A DNA stretch of 64,000 bases from Albugo candida (Eukaryota): contig JBDOQK010000035.1 of the NCBI GenBank assembly GCA_040437565.1, positions 62,001-126,000 on the forward strand, written 5' to 3'. The translations under genes were made by a program, and so were the position numbers. Every line of letters starts with the position of its first letter. Position 1 is the stretch's first letter. The notes beneath the pieces are model-generated. The model was not told the origin of the DNA. It made no database searches and saw only the letters and a program-made list of their open reading frames with translations. Below are positions 61,285-64,000 of the stretch, in pieces.

Positions 61285-62781
61285 TTTTACGGACCCAAGG
61301 TGCCAGATGGAGGGAAATGTCCATACGCAAAGCATTGCGTCGAGTGACGACTATATCTACATCGTCCTACATGTCACTGCCTCTCTTATCCTTTGATATG
61401 GTTTGCAAGACATACCAGCAACAGATGAGTCGTACGAATCTATTTGAGTGTTGAAATTGAGCAGCATGAGCATCTCAACCANNNNNNNNNNNNNNNNNNN
61501 NNNNNNNNNNNNNNNNNNNNNNNNNNNNNNNNNNNNNNNNNNNNNNNNNNNNNNNNNNNNNNNNNNNNNNNNNNNNNNNNNGTTTGCAAGACATACCAGC
61601 AACAGATGAGTCGTACGAATCTATTTGAGTGTTGAAATTGAGCAGCATGAGCATCTCAACCAGCACAAAGGACAAGCTCGGTCTATTTTGCTCGAATTCT
61701 TGTGTTCAGATGATACCGTCACTGCCAGTAATACCTCTCATCGAGGTAGACGTGAAGATGGCGCAAAAATCATCCAGTGATTCGTGGTAGCTTAAGCACT
61801 GAGAGACAGCGCTCCATAGTCGGATGGGTCAACTTTTTACTTACAGGTGGAGGCAAATGGAATTTCTAGAGAAATACTCTACATCTGACGAGATTTATCA
61901 CGGGGATAAGGTCAGATAAACCGTTGACATTCTGCTATAATCCTTTATTCAATGAGCTTAGCACTGAATCATCGTGGAAGTCTAATAGCTGAATTTAATG
62001 ATATATTCTAGATAATATTCAGCTTCAACAATACCAAAACTGCTTGCAACAATAGTCAGTATCGCAACGGTCGAATAAGTATTCGTTCGGCAATACGGAC
62101 GTCGAGGGAATGATCTGCTGGAGCTTCGATTTGATTGCACGCTAAGAATCAACAGAAGAGTGGGCAAATAGACACATCGTCTCATGATAAATGTTAGCTG
62201 AGAAGCGAACCATTCCCGTATTGAACGAACGCGGCGCCGTTTGGAGTTCAAGCAACTTTTGTCGTTTACATGTATTAAGATTTAGAAGGCTTGGTATGTC
62301 CCGCTTTGATAAAAGGCGCTCTTCTCTGTTGAAAATATAACCAATCATCAGACACAAAAGCGAAATCTACTTAAGCTTTTGGATTTAGAACATTCGAGAA
62401 GCAATATAGTGTCACAATAACCATCTATCTATCTTAGTCAGTGCGTCAATGGTGGTCTTGGTTACGGCGATTTTGATATGCAGTTGTCGACAACTAAAAT
62501 AGTCGGCAACGATGCTATGCGCTAATCCATACGCTATCATGCATCTTGCTAAAAATATGATGGATACGGAACGATCGCGACCGAGTTTCCGCGATTCAAT
62601 GTAAAAAAAACCGGAGCCCTGAGAGTACTTGCTCATTTGATTGCTAGATAAGTTTCCCGATTTTGATAAGTCAGCTGCCAGAAAGCTGATATCCTACTAT
62701 TCTGGATGAGACATTAGAAGCTCGATTTAAAGCTCACAGTTTGGAAAGCAACGTTGTAGTCACTTGCAAACTTACCGAACC

Positions 62782-63814
62782 ATGAAGGCCGCTAATTTGC
62801 ACTTATTCGTCCTTTATCTTGCACAGGTAACTCTTTCTTCATGTGGCGTGCATATCCTCCGTCCAGAACTTGTAAAATTGACTGAATTGGATGCTGCCAT
62901 GTTTGTACTTGATGCTAAAAACGCAGGTGAGAATAAATGGGAACTTCAATCAACTGCAAGAGATGCTAAATGGATGTTCACTATCGAAGCTGAAAGATGC
63001 ACATCGTATTTCAACAAAAGAAAACAACCCTTTGAGATGCTGCTTTCCTGTTTATTCGCTATTTCAGATTTGGACGCATCTAATGAGCATCAGCAACTGC
63101 CAAAGTCAAGCTAAACATCGTATCATTCAACAAAAACGAGCCCTGATGTTCGTTCTGGGTAAAAGTTAAGGCTCTCTGCTTCTCTCCTCGATCAAATAAT
63201 TCGCTTAGTACGGCATACGACAATGACCGTTGCCTTGTATTGGGACACACCATTTACGCTTTGTCTCGGTGTCTACCCGACACGTCGCGAAGACGGTTGG
63301 GAAACAATTCCATATTTTTCTTCTCATTTATACCTTGATGAACTTGCAATCGGATACTTTTGTGCGATGATCACGGTGGGGTATGCTTCAACCTATATAT
63401 ATCGGAATGAAGGAAGAGATATTTTGTCCTTTGATTTTGGGCGCTTGAGAAGTGTGATTCCGACTAATATTTATTCGATAATCGTTAATAGCTCGGTAAA
63501 AACACACCAATTCTGATACATTCGACTGCGACTCAGTCCGTCAACTTGATCTGTCTGATACACGGTTCAAAGTCGACAATTTAGAAGAGGATTTGAAGCT
63601 CACAAGTAAAGAATACGTTCAGGAGGTACTCGACAGAAAAGATGATACAAGCCAAGAAAAGTACATTACGGCTTTGGAAGCAATGCCTTCTGTAAAATGG
63701 AGAATGGGCGCGCCGACTCTCAAGCGTCATCCTATGCTACTTTGTGATAATGGCACGGCCATCAACCTGGAAATTCTCTCTTCGCCAAAGAAAAAAGAGC
63801 CACAGGATTTCTGA
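62782..63814 (+). pseudogene. Paralog of the secreted pepsin-fold gene, broken by stops and a frameshift
   Basis: Signal peptide MKAANLHLFVLYLAQVTLSSC; ILSFDFGRLRSVIP, LTSKEYV and WRMGAPTLKRH align with the 44542 copy. The upstream region (~62200-62781 vs ~43950-44541) and downstream TAATACTCGTACGGATATG are conserved. Confidence 0.7.
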
Positions 63815-64000
63815 TATTCTTTGTTAATAAAACACGAATATTTTTTTTCTTTGACCCCTTCTTCTACTGATGTAATACTCGTACGGATATGCTTTAAAAA
63901 TCGACGCTACTCCGATCTCGAACATTGTCATCGAGATGCGCCCAGCATTTGACTTGATAGTTTGTAGCTCTGATACACTTGCGTCCTGACCAATCAAGTA

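Overview
Eukaryotic nuclear DNA from an oomycete, most likely an Albugo-like white rust. This is inferred from compact genes with 50-60 nt GT-AG introns, oomycete-type LTR gag motifs and an INR/FPR-like promoter. It is a draft scaffold with 100-N gaps, most of them flanked by duplicated overlap sequence (assembly artefacts). The first ~34 kb is gene-dense: a KMT2/trithorax-like PHD-bromo-ePHD-FYR protein (cut by a gap), two paralogous multi-TM class III nucleotidyl cyclases, NAD-dependent G3P dehydrogenase, secreted GH17, type II NADH dehydrogenase, p300/CBP-type HAT, CCDC93, STIMATE/TMEM110, a beta-trefoil-TPR-U-box protein, PTC7-type PP2C, a CBS-domain protein, a CHTOP/FoP-like protein and MnmG/MTO1. 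From ~35 kb the sequence is gene-sparse. It holds DNA polymerase delta pseudogene fragments, Copia/LTR and LINE remnants, and two diverged copies of a cassette of secreted-protein (effector-like) genes. The second copy is split by a ~4 kb mosaic of mitochondrial (nad7, rpl5, tRNA-Gly, other AT-rich pieces) and 28S rDNA fragments. The most striking structure is a secreted pepsin-fold pseudo-protease gene (44542-45721). It is interrupted by a 120-bp inverted copy of its own 5' end bounded by a 17-bp direct repeat, and deleting that insert restores one continuous ORF.
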